Of a stretch of 64,000 bases of DNA, positions 1 through 9,129 are shown piece after piece. The DNA comes from an uncultured Candidatus Binatia bacterium (lineage in GTDB: Bacteria > Desulfobacterota > Binatia > UBA9968 > JAJDTQ01): positions 1,952,001-2,016,000 of the forward strand of contig OZ244070.1 of NCBI GenBank assembly GCA_965215605.1, read 5' to 3'. Within the stretch, counting starts at the first letter, position 1, and every line of letters begins with the position of its first letter. Under the pieces are notes generated by a model that was given only the letters and a program-made list of their open reading frames with translations, had not been told where the DNA came from and made no database searches. Made by a program: the position numbers and the translations under genes.

Positions 1-2
1 GC

Positions 3-488
3 ATCGTCCCCATGCCGGATAGTGCCGTTCGGCTCTTCCGAACCGACGTAGCCGGGAGGACATCACAGGTTCAACTGGACGAGATCAAGGCCTTCGATGA
101 AGGTTTGCGCAACGCTATAGCGCTCTTGGCCGGACGAGGTGATTGGGAACAGGTCCGCCAGGACCAGTATGCGAGGTCGAGATCAGCGAGGGAGCGTTTC
201 GACCGCGTCGCTGACCGGATGTTTTTCCCCTACCTTTGGCAACGAATCCAGGCGGCAGATTCAGGTGACGTTGAGGCGGAGGAACGGACCCGGCGCGCGT
301 TCCAGCGCACTCTCTTCGACGCCGCCAACGCGGAACTGGAAGGCGCAATGTCCAGCGTCCCTTGCGCGACCTTGCAGCGCCCGAAGGCGGAAGCGCGGGC
401 TCGTCGGGCGTTCCTTTCCCGAGTATGGAAGCTCGACCCGCAACTTCACCAAACCGGGAGGCAGGAGGATGTCGATGCCGAAGACTGA
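3..488 (+). CDS. cse1: Type I-E Cascade large subunit Cas8e/Cse1, C-terminal part (gene begins before the window)
   Basis: Open frame from the window edge that overlaps the cse2 start; helical C-terminus; first position in the cse1-cse2-cas7-cas5-cas6e order. Confidence 0.75.
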   Translation: MVPMPDSAVRLFRTDVAGRTSQVQLDEIKAFDEGLRNAIALLAGRGDWEQVRQDQYARSRSARERFDRVADRMFFPYLWQRIQAADSGDVEAEERTRRAFQRTLFDAANAELEGAMSSVPCATLQRPKAEARARRAFLSRVWKLDPQLHQTGRQEDVDAED

Positions 489-1053
489 CGACGTGAACCA
501 GAGTGCGGTCGCCGCGGCCCGGATGCTGCAAGGGCTTGAACCGGGACCATTGGCCGAACTGCGCCGGATGGAAACCGGCGCGGGGGCGGCCGGGTTCTGG
601 CGCCTGGCAGCGCAGCATCCCGAAACCATCGGACGCGACCAGGAGCCATGGATGGCCATCATCCGCATCATGGCCATCCTGACTACCAGGGGCGAGCCGG
701 CGTCACGCCGGCCTTTGCATGACGCCAAGCGGCGTTTGGGCGCGGTATTGTGTGACGGCGGCGATCCAGGTTGGCCGGGGTCCGCGCCACCCCGCGCGGT
801 ACTGAGCGAGCCTCGCCTCGGACGGCTCATTGCCTCCCGTGGCAAACAGCGCGCGGTGTTGTTGACCCGCGCCGTGCGCGCCATCGCCCGCACCCGGCAG
901 CCAGACAGCGGGGTCAACGTCACCGACATCGCCTGGGCATTGCTGGATTCGGATTCCGACCGTAGCGGGCGTCAGCTCGCTGAACCGTACTACCGCCGGC
1001 TGGACCGGGCCGAGCGCGAACACCGAACCGACGAAGAAGGAGCCAAAGAATGA
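475..1053 (+). CDS. cse2: Type I-E Cascade small subunit Cas11/Cse2
   Basis: AGGAGG at 463-468 before ATG 475; 'PGPLAELRR' and 'LSEPRLGRL' Cse2-like motifs; ATGA overlap with cas7. Confidence 0.8.
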   Translation: MPKTDDVNQSAVAAARMLQGLEPGPLAELRRMETGAGAAGFWRLAAQHPETIGRDQEPWMAIIRIMAILTTRGEPASRRPLHDAKRRLGAVLCDGGDPGWPGSAPPRAVLSEPRLGRLIASRGKQRAVLLTRAVRAIARTRQPDSGVNVTDIAWALLDSDSDRSGRQLAEPYYRRLDRAEREHRTDEEGAKE

Positions 1054-2168
1054 CCGCACCCCGTTTTCTCCAGATCCATACGCTGAGCCCCTATACCGGC
1101 GCTCTCCTGAACCGCGATGACGCGGGGCTGGCCAAGCGCCTGCCCTATGGAGACGTGCTGCGCACGCGCGTTTCGTCCCAGTGCCTCAAGCGTCACTGGG
1201 CGAAAGCGGACGACCCGCACGCGCTTACCCGGATTGACGGGGCGGAAGCCGCCTATCGTTCCCGTGAGTTGGTGACACATAAGGTCGTTGACCCGTTGCG
1301 CGATCATTTCCCGGACGACGTGGTCAACGCACTGGAGCCCGAAGTGCAGCAGGCCGTGTACGGCGACAAGGGTACGACAAAAAAGGGCCGCCAGACGCTC
1401 CTGTTGGGCGCGCCGGAAATCGCCTGGCTGTCCAGGGAAGCGGAGCGTTTGGCCAAGGAGGCCAACGGCGACGCCGACGCGGCCAAGAAAGGGGCAGCGG
1501 ATTGGAGGAAGACGTTCCAGGCCAACATCAAAGCCATGCGCGAGGGCGCGACGCTCCCCGCGGGACTTACGGCGGCGTTGTTCGGACGTATGGTGACCTC
1601 TGATCCCGGCGCCAATATCACCGCGCCGGTCCACGTCGCCCACGCATTCACGGTGCACGGGGAGGAGGCGGAGAGCGACTACTTCACGGCCGTGGACGAC
1701 TTGTCCGAGGATGAGCCTGGAGCCGATACCATCCAGGAGACCGAGCTGACCTCGGGTCTGTTCTACGGCTACGTCGTCGTCGACCTGCCGCTCCTGATCG
1801 AGAATCTCAACGATGTCGAGTTGGCGGGCGCCGTCCTTCACAATCTCATCTATCTCATCGCCGAGGTTTCTCCGGGCGCTAAGCTCGGCTCTACAGCTCC
1901 CTACGGCCGGGCCTCTTTGGTGTTGCTGGAGGCCGGCGACCGGCAACCCCGTTCCTTGGCCGAGGCGTACCGTCGTCCTTGCAGGCCGGATACCGCGGCT
2001 GCCGCCGACGCCATGCGGGCGTACCTGACTCGGCTCGACGAGGCGTACGACACAGGCGAAGAGAGGCAGGTAATGACTCTGGTCGACGTGGAGCTTCCTC
2101 GTGTGCAACGGGGCTCCCTCTCAACTCTGGCCAACTGGGCGAAGACGTTGCCGGGAGGCCTCGGATGA
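1050..2168 (+). CDS. cas7: Type I-E Cas7/Cse4
   Basis: 'LNRDDAGLAK', 'RTRVSSQCLKR', 'ALFGRM', 'HVAHAFTVH..E.DYFTAVDD' motifs. Confidence 0.95.
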   Translation: MTAPRFLQIHTLSPYTGALLNRDDAGLAKRLPYGDVLRTRVSSQCLKRHWAKADDPHALTRIDGAEAAYRSRELVTHKVVDPLRDHFPDDVVNALEPEVQQAVYGDKGTTKKGRQTLLLGAPEIAWLSREAERLAKEANGDADAAKKGAADWRKTFQANIKAMREGATLPAGLTAALFGRMVTSDPGANITAPVHVAHAFTVHGEEAESDYFTAVDDLSEDEPGADTIQETELTSGLFYGYVVVDLPLLIENLNDVELAGAVLHNLIYLIAEVSPGAKLGSTAPYGRASLVLLEAGDRQPRSLAEAYRRPCRPDTAAAADAMRAYLTRLDEAYDTGEERQVMTLVDVELPRVQRGSLSTLANWAKTLPGGLG

Positions 2169-2878
2169 GTCACAAGTGGCTCGTCGTGCGCCTTGAGGCG
2201 CCGCTGATTGCCTTCGGCGGCGTCGCCGTGGACCAGGAGGGTCCCACACGAGATTTTCCAGCGGCTTCGATGCTCACCGGCCTTGCGGCCAACGCCTTCG
2301 GACTGCATTGGTCCGACCGCGCCGCGCACCAAGCCTTGCAGGACCGGCTGATCTTCGCCGCGCGGCGTGAACGTGAGCCGCGTGCGTCGGGCGTCGTCAC
2401 GGACGTGCAGAACGTACAGCTTAACAAGGCGGACAAGGGCTGGACGACTTTCGGTGTACCGGAGGGACGTGACGGGGCAAACCATCGCGCCCCGCATCGT
2501 CGTACCCGGCACTACCTGGCAGACCAGGCGGTGCGGGTCGTCCTGCGCTTCCACCCGGCGGAGCCCCACCCGACCCTGGAAGCGTTGGCCGAGGCGCTCG
2601 ACCGTCCGGCTCGCCCGCTCTTTATCGGACGCAAACCATGCCTTCCCTCGTGCCGTCTAGTGGACGGATGGGTCGATGGGGACACGGCCCATGAGGCTCT
2701 ATGCGCAGTTCCGGGCTTGGGGACTTTCCGGGCCTTGTGGCCCGCGCGCGAGGGGCCGGAGACCGGCGACGAGGTAGAGCGCGTCATCGATCTCGCCGAC
2801 ATGCGGAACTGGCGGACGGGGCTGCACGGGGGATCGCGGCAGGTCGTGGAAGGACGTGTGAAGGGAGCGGATTCATGA
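2165..2878 (+). CDS. cas5: Type I-E Cas5
   Basis: 'LVVRLEAPLIAFGG', 'RHYLAD', 'PARPLFIGRKPCLPS'; ATGA-coupled to cas7. Confidence 0.93.
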   Translation: MSHKWLVVRLEAPLIAFGGVAVDQEGPTRDFPAASMLTGLAANAFGLHWSDRAAHQALQDRLIFAARREREPRASGVVTDVQNVQLNKADKGWTTFGVPEGRDGANHRAPHRRTRHYLADQAVRVVLRFHPAEPHPTLEALAEALDRPARPLFIGRKPCLPSCRLVDGWVDGDTAHEALCAVPGLGTFRALWPAREGPETGDEVERVIDLADMRNWRTGLHGGSRQVVEGRVKGADS

Positions 2879-3660
2879 AACCTCTGTTCCTGATCCGTAT
2901 GCCCGTAGCCATGGACAAGCTGGCGCTCTGTGCGGGAGAGCGCGGTTGGCTGCGGCATCGTGACCGCGTGGCGGGTTTCGATGAAGGTCGCGCCCTTCAT
3001 CACCTGCTGGATGAAACGTTCAGCCCGGGGGCGCTGCGTCCGTTTCGCTTGCTGGTGGCCGGTCGCCAAACCGTGGGAAGCCTCTACGGTTATTGTGTGA
3101 GCGACGTTGACAGCCTGCGCGAAGACAGTCGTATCCACGCTCCTCCCGAGCATCTGAGCGTTCTGAGGCTCGAACGCCTGGAGGGCAAACCGATGCCGAG
3201 CGCATGGACGGAAGGGTGGCGGCTTGGTTTCGATGTGCGGGCGAGGCCCGTTCGAAGGCTGAAGAACGACCTCGTGGACGGTCAGACGGCGTTCCACAAG
3301 GGGGCGGAAGTCGACGCCTTTCGGGTGGAAGCATTGCGCCGATATCCGGACAACCCGGAAGGCATGGAACAGCATGGCCAAACGAGAGAAGGTGTCTATC
3401 TCGACTGGCTTGCGGACCGGCTGGCACCGGCGGCAGAACTCGACCGCGATGCGACGCGACTGGTCCGTTTCCAGCGGGTTCGGGTCTCGCGCGGCAGCGG
3501 GGGACCCGAAGGGCCGGACGCAACCTTCCATGGCGCGTTAACAGTCAAGGACCCCGAAAGCTTCGCGACGTTGCTTGCCAAGGGCGTCGGGCGGCATCGA
3601 GCCTATGGTTACGGCATGCTTCTCCTTCGCCCGGCTTCGAAGCCCGCACCGAGGCGATGA
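2875..3660 (+). CDS. cas6e: Type I-E Cas6e/Cse3 crRNA endoribonuclease
   Basis: C-terminal G-rich loop 'KGVGRHRAYGYGMLLL'; operon position. Confidence 0.92.
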   Translation: MKPLFLIRMPVAMDKLALCAGERGWLRHRDRVAGFDEGRALHHLLDETFSPGALRPFRLLVAGRQTVGSLYGYCVSDVDSLREDSRIHAPPEHLSVLRLERLEGKPMPSAWTEGWRLGFDVRARPVRRLKNDLVDGQTAFHKGAEVDAFRVEALRRYPDNPEGMEQHGQTREGVYLDWLADRLAPAAELDRDATRLVRFQRVRVSRGSGGPEGPDATFHGALTVKDPESFATLLAKGVGRHRAYGYGMLLLRPASKPAPRR

Positions 3661-4544
3661 TGCTCAAGGGTCGGCTCGGTCTCGACAGCGCGAGGGTCCC
3701 CCACGGTGATCGCGCCGGGCTCCTCTACCTGGCGCGGGGTGCGTTGACCGCTCGGGACGGGACGCTGGCATTCCTCCAGGGCGAGGCAACCAACGCGGAC
3801 GCGTTGTCGCCCGGAGATTATGCCATCCCGCTCCAAGGGATATCCATGATACTCCTGGGTCCCGGCTCCACCGTGAGCCACGACGCCTTGCGACTCCTCG
3901 CGCGTGCCCGCACGGCACTGGCTGCGATAGGCGAAGACGGAGTCCGGATGTACACGGCCCCGCCTCTGATTCCGGATCGTTCGGGCCTTGCCCGGACCCA
4001 GGCCCGCCTATGGGCGGATGACAAGAAGCGACTGGACATCGCGCGACGCATGTACGCGTGGAGGTTGGGCGAAGTGCTGCCGCATCGCGATTTCGACGTG
4101 CTTCGCGGGATTGAAGGCGCGCGCATGAAGCAGTCTTATCGTCTCCTCGCCCAGCAGATCGGGGTCGAATGGAAGGGTCGGCATTATGACCGTGCCCGCC
4201 CTGACGCTGCCGACCTCCCCAATCAAGCCCTGAATCATGCCTCGAGCGCCGTCGAGGCCGCTGCGGCGATCGCCGTGGCTTCGACGGGTACGGTCCCGCA
4301 ACTCGGCTTCATACACGAAGACCCGGGCCAGTCTTTCGTCCTCGACATTGCCGATCTTTACCGGGACAACGTAACCATCCCGTGCGCCTTTCGGGCGGCC
4401 AAGCGCGTCTCTGAGCGACCCTTTGAAAACATCGAACGTACGACCCGCCGCATGACCGGCGAAACTTTGGCGCGCGAGAGAATCATCCCGGCGATGATCG
4501 ATCGAATCAAGTCGGTGTTCGAGCAGGCCGACTCGAAAGCATGA
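3657..4544 (+). CDS. cas1: Type I-E Cas1
   Basis: 'LLGPGSTVSHDAL', 'LRGIEGARMK', 'PQLGFIH...SFVLDIADLY'; start at ATG 3657 or 3660. Confidence 0.95.
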   Translation: MMLKGRLGLDSARVPHGDRAGLLYLARGALTARDGTLAFLQGEATNADALSPGDYAIPLQGISMILLGPGSTVSHDALRLLARARTALAAIGEDGVRMYTAPPLIPDRSGLARTQARLWADDKKRLDIARRMYAWRLGEVLPHRDFDVLRGIEGARMKQSYRLLAQQIGVEWKGRHYDRARPDAADLPNQALNHASSAVEAAAAIAVASTGTVPQLGFIHEDPGQSFVLDIADLYRDNVTIPCAFRAAKRVSERPFENIERTTRRMTGETLARERIIPAMIDRIKSVFEQADSKA

Positions 4545-4554
4545 GAGGCCGAAA

Positions 4555-4848
4555 ATGCCGATGACTATCGTCGTGACACGCGACGTTGAGGCCCGTTATC
4601 GCGGGTTTCTCACGTCAGTCATGCTGGAGGTCGCCCCCGGTGTGTATGTTGCCCCTGACCTGTCGGCGGGCGTACGCCAACGTGTCTGGGACGTTGTCGA
4701 GGCCTGGTGGTGGTCTCTTGGCCGCGGGACGATCGTAATGGTCTGGCGTGACGTGGCCGCCTCAGGACACCTGCGGATCGAGACTCTCGGAGAGCCGCCT
4801 AAAGAGATTGTCGATGCCGACGGCGTTCTACTCTTGAAGCGAAATTGA
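4555..4848 (+). CDS. cas2: Type I-E Cas2 (stand-alone, no DnaQ fusion)
   Basis: 'RGFLTSVMLEVAPGVYV', 'IVDADGVLL'; 97 aa. Confidence 0.93.
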   Translation: MPMTIVVTRDVEARYRGFLTSVMLEVAPGVYVAPDLSAGVRQRVWDVVEAWWWSLGRGTIVMVWRDVAASGHLRIETLGEPPKEIVDADGVLLLKRN

Positions 4849-4909
4849 GGGGCGATCTTCGTTCCCTTGTTCTTTGAAAACTCGTAATATCAACGGGTTA
4901 GGTACAAGG
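4849..4909 (+). promoter_or_regulatory. CRISPR leader with IHF site
   Basis: AT-rich 61 bp between cas2 and repeat 1; TATCAACGGGTTA (4888-4900) matches the IHF consensus WATCAANNNNTTR exactly, 9 nt before the first repeat. Confidence 0.8.
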
Positions 4910-5660
4910 GGTTCCCCCGCATGCGCGGGGATAGACCCAACGGCCTCGCGGCCTGGGCTTACGCCTGTCAGGTTCCCCCGCATGCGCGGGGATAGACCCG
5001 AGTGATGCCAGTGGGCATCCCTGACGTCATTGGTTCCCCCGCATGCGCGGGGATAGACCCCTCGAGGCTCAAACATGGAGCGAGATTATCGCGGTTCCCC
5101 CGCATGCGCGGGGATAGACCCCCACCATTCTTGGCGGCCGCTTGGGTATTCGAGGTTCCCCCGCATGCGCGGGGATAGACCTCTACGCCGTCTCAACGTG
5201 CCAGCTTCGATAGTGGTTCCCCCGCATGCGCGGGGATAGACCCCCCTAGAGCCCAGCTTCGAGGCTACGCCAAACGGTTCCCCCGCATGCGCGGGGATAG
5301 ACCCCAGTCTCGCATTTCGGTATCCCCCATGCGACCGGTTCCCCCGCATGCGCGGGGATAGACCCCCGACGTGGCGCCCCAGGGCCTCGGACGCCTTGGT
5401 TCCCCCGCATGCGCGGGGATAGACCCCCAGCCACCGCCGGCGTGAATCTGGTCCGGGGGGTTCCCCCGCATGCGCGGGGATAGACCCCGGGAAAGGAAAC
5501 GCCATGACAACACCTGCCCGGTTCCCCCGCATGCGCGGGGATAGACCCTACCCGGGTGATTGAGGGGGTGGTGGGCAAGCGGTTCCCCCGCATGCGCGGG
5601 GATAGACCCTCTGACACTGTGGACTTTTGGCGGGAGCTAGAGGTTCCCCCGCATGCGCGG
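4910..5660 (+). CRISPR. Type I-E CRISPR array, leader-proximal part: 12 full repeats, 5' part of repeat 13, 12 spacers
   Basis: Repeat GGTTCCCCCGCATGCGCGGGGATAGACC(C), 29 bp, with 32-bp spacers and an exact 61-bp period from 4910 to 5642. Confidence 0.98.
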
Positions 5661-5780
5661 TGTTGGTGGCAACTGTAAATTTCCCATTTATGGCAATCGA
5701 AAACTGCACACATTGATTGCTGGCGTGAGTGCTCGGGTCCAGGCTGTTGGCAAGACCAACAGGAACGGAGCGGAGCACAG

Positions 5781-6803
5781 ATGCACGGATGGGAGACGAG
5801 GATGCTGCTTAGGCACTATCTGGAACGGGGTGTAACGAAGACGGAGCTGTCGCGGCGGTTCGGGGTGAGTCGCCGGACGATCCACGAGTGGATCGAGACA
5901 GGACAGTTGGACCGGGATCTGTCGGGAGGCGGGACGCGATACAGGGCGAGGCCGCCGGTGTGTCACAAGCTGGATCCGTACAAGGGGATCATCGAGGCGC
6001 GACTGGAGGAGTATCCGCGGTTGTCGGCGAAGCGGCTGTACGACGAGGTACGAGGGGCAGGCTACACGGGCGGGTACGTCCGTGTGAGGGAGTACGTTCG
6101 GGCGGTGCGGCCAAGGGAGCCGGCGGAGGCGGTGGTGCGGTTCGAGACGCCGGCGGGACGGCAGGGGCAGGTGGACTTTGCGACGTTCACGCTTCCCTGG
6201 GGGCGGCGGCATGCTTTGGTGATGGTTCTGAGCCACTCCCGGCTGTTGTGGCTGCGGTTTTACCGGCGGCAGACGATGGCAGTGCTGATCGAAGGGCTGG
6301 AGAGCGCCTTCGAGTGCTTCGGCGGGGTGCCGCAGGAGCTCTTGTTCGACCAGATGCGGACGGTGGTGCTGTCGGACGGCCGCGCGGGCGGGGGCGAGTT
6401 GGTGTTGAACGCGGACTTCTTGCGGTTCGCCGCGCACTGGGGGTTCCGGCCTCGGGCATGCCGGCCGTACCGAGCCCAAACCAAGGGCAAGGTGGAGCGG
6501 CCGATCCGCTACATCCGCAACAACTTCTTCTACGGCCGGGAGTTCCTGAACGACGAGGACCTGAACGAGCAGGCGCGCTTGTGGCTTGAGGGAACCGCGA
6601 ACCGGCGCTGGCACGGCACCACCAGGGAGCGCCCGGTGGACCGCTTCGAGCGCGACGAGCAGCAGGCGCTGCTGCCGTTGGCGAGTTGCCCGTATCGGCG
6701 CCTTGGTATGCACAGGCTTCCACAGCAAGCCCGGCGCCCCCTGCCCGTCACCGTAGACGTCGAGCGGCGCTCGCTCAGGGTCTACGCGGAGGCGGTGTCA
6801 TGA
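5781..6803 (+). CDS. istA: IS21 transposase IstA
   Basis: N-terminal HTH, 'RFETPAGRQGQVDF', 'FGGVPQELLFDQM', 'CRPYRAQTKGKVER'. Confidence 0.95.
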   Translation: MHGWETRMLLRHYLERGVTKTELSRRFGVSRRTIHEWIETGQLDRDLSGGGTRYRARPPVCHKLDPYKGIIEARLEEYPRLSAKRLYDEVRGAGYTGGYVRVREYVRAVRPREPAEAVVRFETPAGRQGQVDFATFTLPWGRRHALVMVLSHSRLLWLRFYRRQTMAVLIEGLESAFECFGGVPQELLFDQMRTVVLSDGRAGGGELVLNADFLRFAAHWGFRPRACRPYRAQTKGKVERPIRYIRNNFFYGREFLNDEDLNEQARLWLEGTANRRWHGTTRERPVDRFERDEQQALLPLASCPYRRLGMHRLPQQARRPLPVTVDVERRSLRVYAEAVS

Positions 6804-7597
6804 GGGCCGAGGCAGGCAACCGGCGCGACCGGCTGCGGGCGATGCTGGCGGATCTGAAGATGCCGGGCGCGCTCGAGGCCGTCGACGACGTCCTGGCCCA
6901 GGCCGACAGCGGGGCGGCCACCGCCAGCGAGGCTATCGAGCAGTTGTTGGACGCCCAGATCGGGTTGCGCAACAACCGCCGCCTCCAGACCGCCATGCGC
7001 TCGTCGCGGCTGCCGGCCGTGAAGACCCTGGCCCAGTTCGACTTCGCCTTCCAGCCCAGCATCAAGCGCGAGCAGATCGAGAGCCTCCACGAACTCGGCT
7101 TCCTGGATCGCCGCGAAAACGTCATTTTTCTCGGGCCGCCCGGGGTCGGCAAGACTCATCTGGCTATCAGCCTAGCCGTCGCCGCCGCCGAATCCGGCCG
7201 CCGCGTCTACTACGGAACCCTGGCCGGACTGATCGAGTCGCTGCTGGAGGCCAAGGCCGCAGGCGAGCTCTCCCGCCGGCTGCGGGTCCTCACCTATCCC
7301 GCCTTGCTCTTGGTGGACGAGATCGGCTACCTGCCGGTTACCCAGGACGGCGCCGTGCTCTTCTTCCAGCTCATCAACGCCAGGCACGAACGCGCCTCCA
7401 CCGTGCTCACCTCCAACAAGGGCTTCGAGGACTGGGGCAGCGTCCTCGGCGACGAGGTCATGGCTGCTGCCCTCATCGACCGGCTCCTCCACCACTGCCA
7501 CATCGTCAACATCCGCGGCAACAGCTACAGGATGCGCGAACACCGCAACCTCATGCGGTCAGCCGACGAGCAGCCTCGCCAGGGAGGCGTCCTGTGA
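6800..7597 (+). CDS. istB: IS21 helper AAA+ ATPase IstB
   Basis: 'GPPGVGKTHLA', 'LLVDEIGY', 'LTSNK', 'DRLLHH', 'GNSYR'; ATGA overlap with istA. Confidence 0.95.
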   Translation: MRAEAGNRRDRLRAMLADLKMPGALEAVDDVLAQADSGAATASEAIEQLLDAQIGLRNNRRLQTAMRSSRLPAVKTLAQFDFAFQPSIKREQIESLHELGFLDRRENVIFLGPPGVGKTHLAISLAVAAAESGRRVYYGTLAGLIESLLEAKAAGELSRRLRVLTYPALLLVDEIGYLPVTQDGAVLFFQLINARHERASTVLTSNKGFEDWGSVLGDEVMAAALIDRLLHHCHIVNIRGNSYRMREHRNLMRSADEQPRQGGVL

Positions 7598-7779
7598 GCG
7601 CCATGTCCTGCCGATCTGCAACCCGTCATGGCCTGGACTCCGCTCGCTCCGCTCCCTCCGTCCAGACCATGACCCATGAACCGAACCAACCGCAGAGCGT
7701 CACTTCTGCACGGACGCTCTTCTCGAAAGTGTGCAGTTTTCGATTGCCAAATGTGTGCAGTTTTCGGTTGCCATTGACA

Positions 7780-8343
7780 CGCGGGGATAGACCCGAGGAT
7801 AGAGCAACGAGGAAACGGGAACGCACGGTTCCCCCGCATGCGCGGGGATAGACCCAGCGGAGACGCCGTGTCGCAAGCGCACGTCGAGGTTCCCCCGCAT
7901 GCGCGGGGATAGACCGCCGTGGGGTGCTTCGGGCCATCCCACGATTGAGGTTCCCCCGCATGCGCGGGGATAGACCCGGAGGCAAACGTTGATGGCGCAG
8001 TATCTACAGGGTTCCCCCGCATGCGCGGGGATAGACCCAGCAGGGCTACGACCTGTTGCAGCGCCCGGACGGTTCCCCCGCATGCGCGGGGATAGACCCG
8101 TGGGATTGAAGCTCACCACCGAGGAAGTGGCGGTTCCCCCGCATGCGCGGGGATAGACCCGGTTAGGTCGGTGTCACGGATGATATCTACGCGGTTCCCC
8201 CGCATGCGCGGGGATAGACCGGGCTCGGCGCCCTTGCCTTCCTGGCGGCCTTGGGTTCCCCCGCATGCGCGGGGATAGACCCGCTGTCACTTACGCTCTC
8301 CAGATCAAGTCGCCGGTTCCCCCGCGCACGCGGGGATAGACCC
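7780..8343 (+). CRISPR. Type I-E CRISPR array, distal part: 3' part of repeat 13, 9 full repeats, 9 spacers
   Basis: Repeats at 7827 to 8315 with 61-bp period; terminal repeat has a variant loop (GCAC instead of ATGC), consistent with the trailer end. Confidence 0.97.
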
Positions 8344-8389
8344 ATATGGGGGACACAATTCATAGATGAAACCGGCGTACGAGGGTGAT

Positions 8390-9034
8390 ATGAGAACACG
8401 ACGACAGACGCGTTCACACGCGAATTTGCGGAAGCTTCATGCACAGCTTGTAGAATGTTCGCGATATCCTGAACGGATTCTCTTTCTGGATGTCGAGACT
8501 ACCGGGTTAAATCCCCACCACCACGAGATCACTGTGATCGGATGGTCGTTCGGCGGCTGCGCAAGGACCATAGTAAGGGGGGCAGATCCAAGCCTGCTCC
8601 GTAGTGACCTTGGATACGCCAAATTCCTGATAACCTTCAATGGCGGTCGCTTCGATACCAAGTTCGTCACGCGGGAACTTCCGGGAATCATGTTGCCGAA
8701 GGTTCATTTCGACCTCATGTATCTTTGTCGGCATGTCGGACTCATAGGTGGCCAAAAGGAAATCGAAAAGACCCTCGGAATAGACTTCCGATGTGAGGCG
8801 TCCGCAATCACCGGCGTCACCGCGGTTGCGCTTTGGCGCAAGTATCTACTGGGCGACCGTGAGGCGCTGCAAAGATTGATCCTGTACAATCGGGTCGACA
8901 TAGCCGCGATGGGTGCCATCCTTGATGAGGTCATTTTTAGAATGAGTGCTCGCTTCGCGTTGCCGATGAACGATGTGCGTTTCAGGGATTGGTCGGCGCC
9001 AGCAGGCTGGCGGGCGTTGCCGGATGTCCCATAG
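8390..9034 (+). CDS. RNase H-like DEDDy 3'-5' exonuclease (YprB/RNase_H_2-like)
   Basis: ExoI 'LFLDVETTG', ExoII 'ITFNGGRFD', ExoIII 'YNRVD'; GAGGGTG before ATG 8390 (alternative start 8366). Confidence 0.8.
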   Translation: MRTRRQTRSHANLRKLHAQLVECSRYPERILFLDVETTGLNPHHHEITVIGWSFGGCARTIVRGADPSLLRSDLGYAKFLITFNGGRFDTKFVTRELPGIMLPKVHFDLMYLCRHVGLIGGQKEIEKTLGIDFRCEASAITGVTAVALWRKYLLGDREALQRLILYNRVDIAAMGAILDEVIFRMSARFALPMNDVRFRDWSAPAGWRALPDVP

Positions 9035-9129
9035 CTTGCGGACGACCCCTTCGCCAAACAAGATTGCAAGGATTTCGTTAGGCGTCGTCCGACCATAGCC
9101 AGATGGCTGTACGGGATATTATGAGTTCC

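Larger units (their letters stand above)
5661..7779 (+). mobile_element. IS21-family insertion sequence (2119 bp) inserted in a CRISPR repeat
   Basis: TG...CA ends (TGTTGGTGGCAAC / GTTGCCATTGACA); internal TGGCAATCGAAAACTGCACA boxes at both ends; 5-bp target duplication CGCGG (5656-5660, 7780-7784); istA-istB. Confidence 0.95.

Noticed and set aside
3204-3656. N-terminal extension making Cas1 446 aa
   Set aside because: It overlaps cas6e in another frame; Cas1 homology starts at 3657
1-4848. Cas3-less I-E system, or IS21 as a CRISPR-associated transposon
   Set aside because: The operon is cut by the window edge where cas3 normally lies; the IS has its own ends and target duplication inside a repeat and there is no tniQ
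4939-8314. Self-targeting or duplicated spacers
   Set aside because: None seen by eye within the window; a proper alignment search was not possible
4828-8444. Minus-strand ORFs with repeating 'GLSPRMRGN / SIPAHAGEP / VYPRACGGT'
   Set aside because: They are translations of the CRISPR repeats, not proteins
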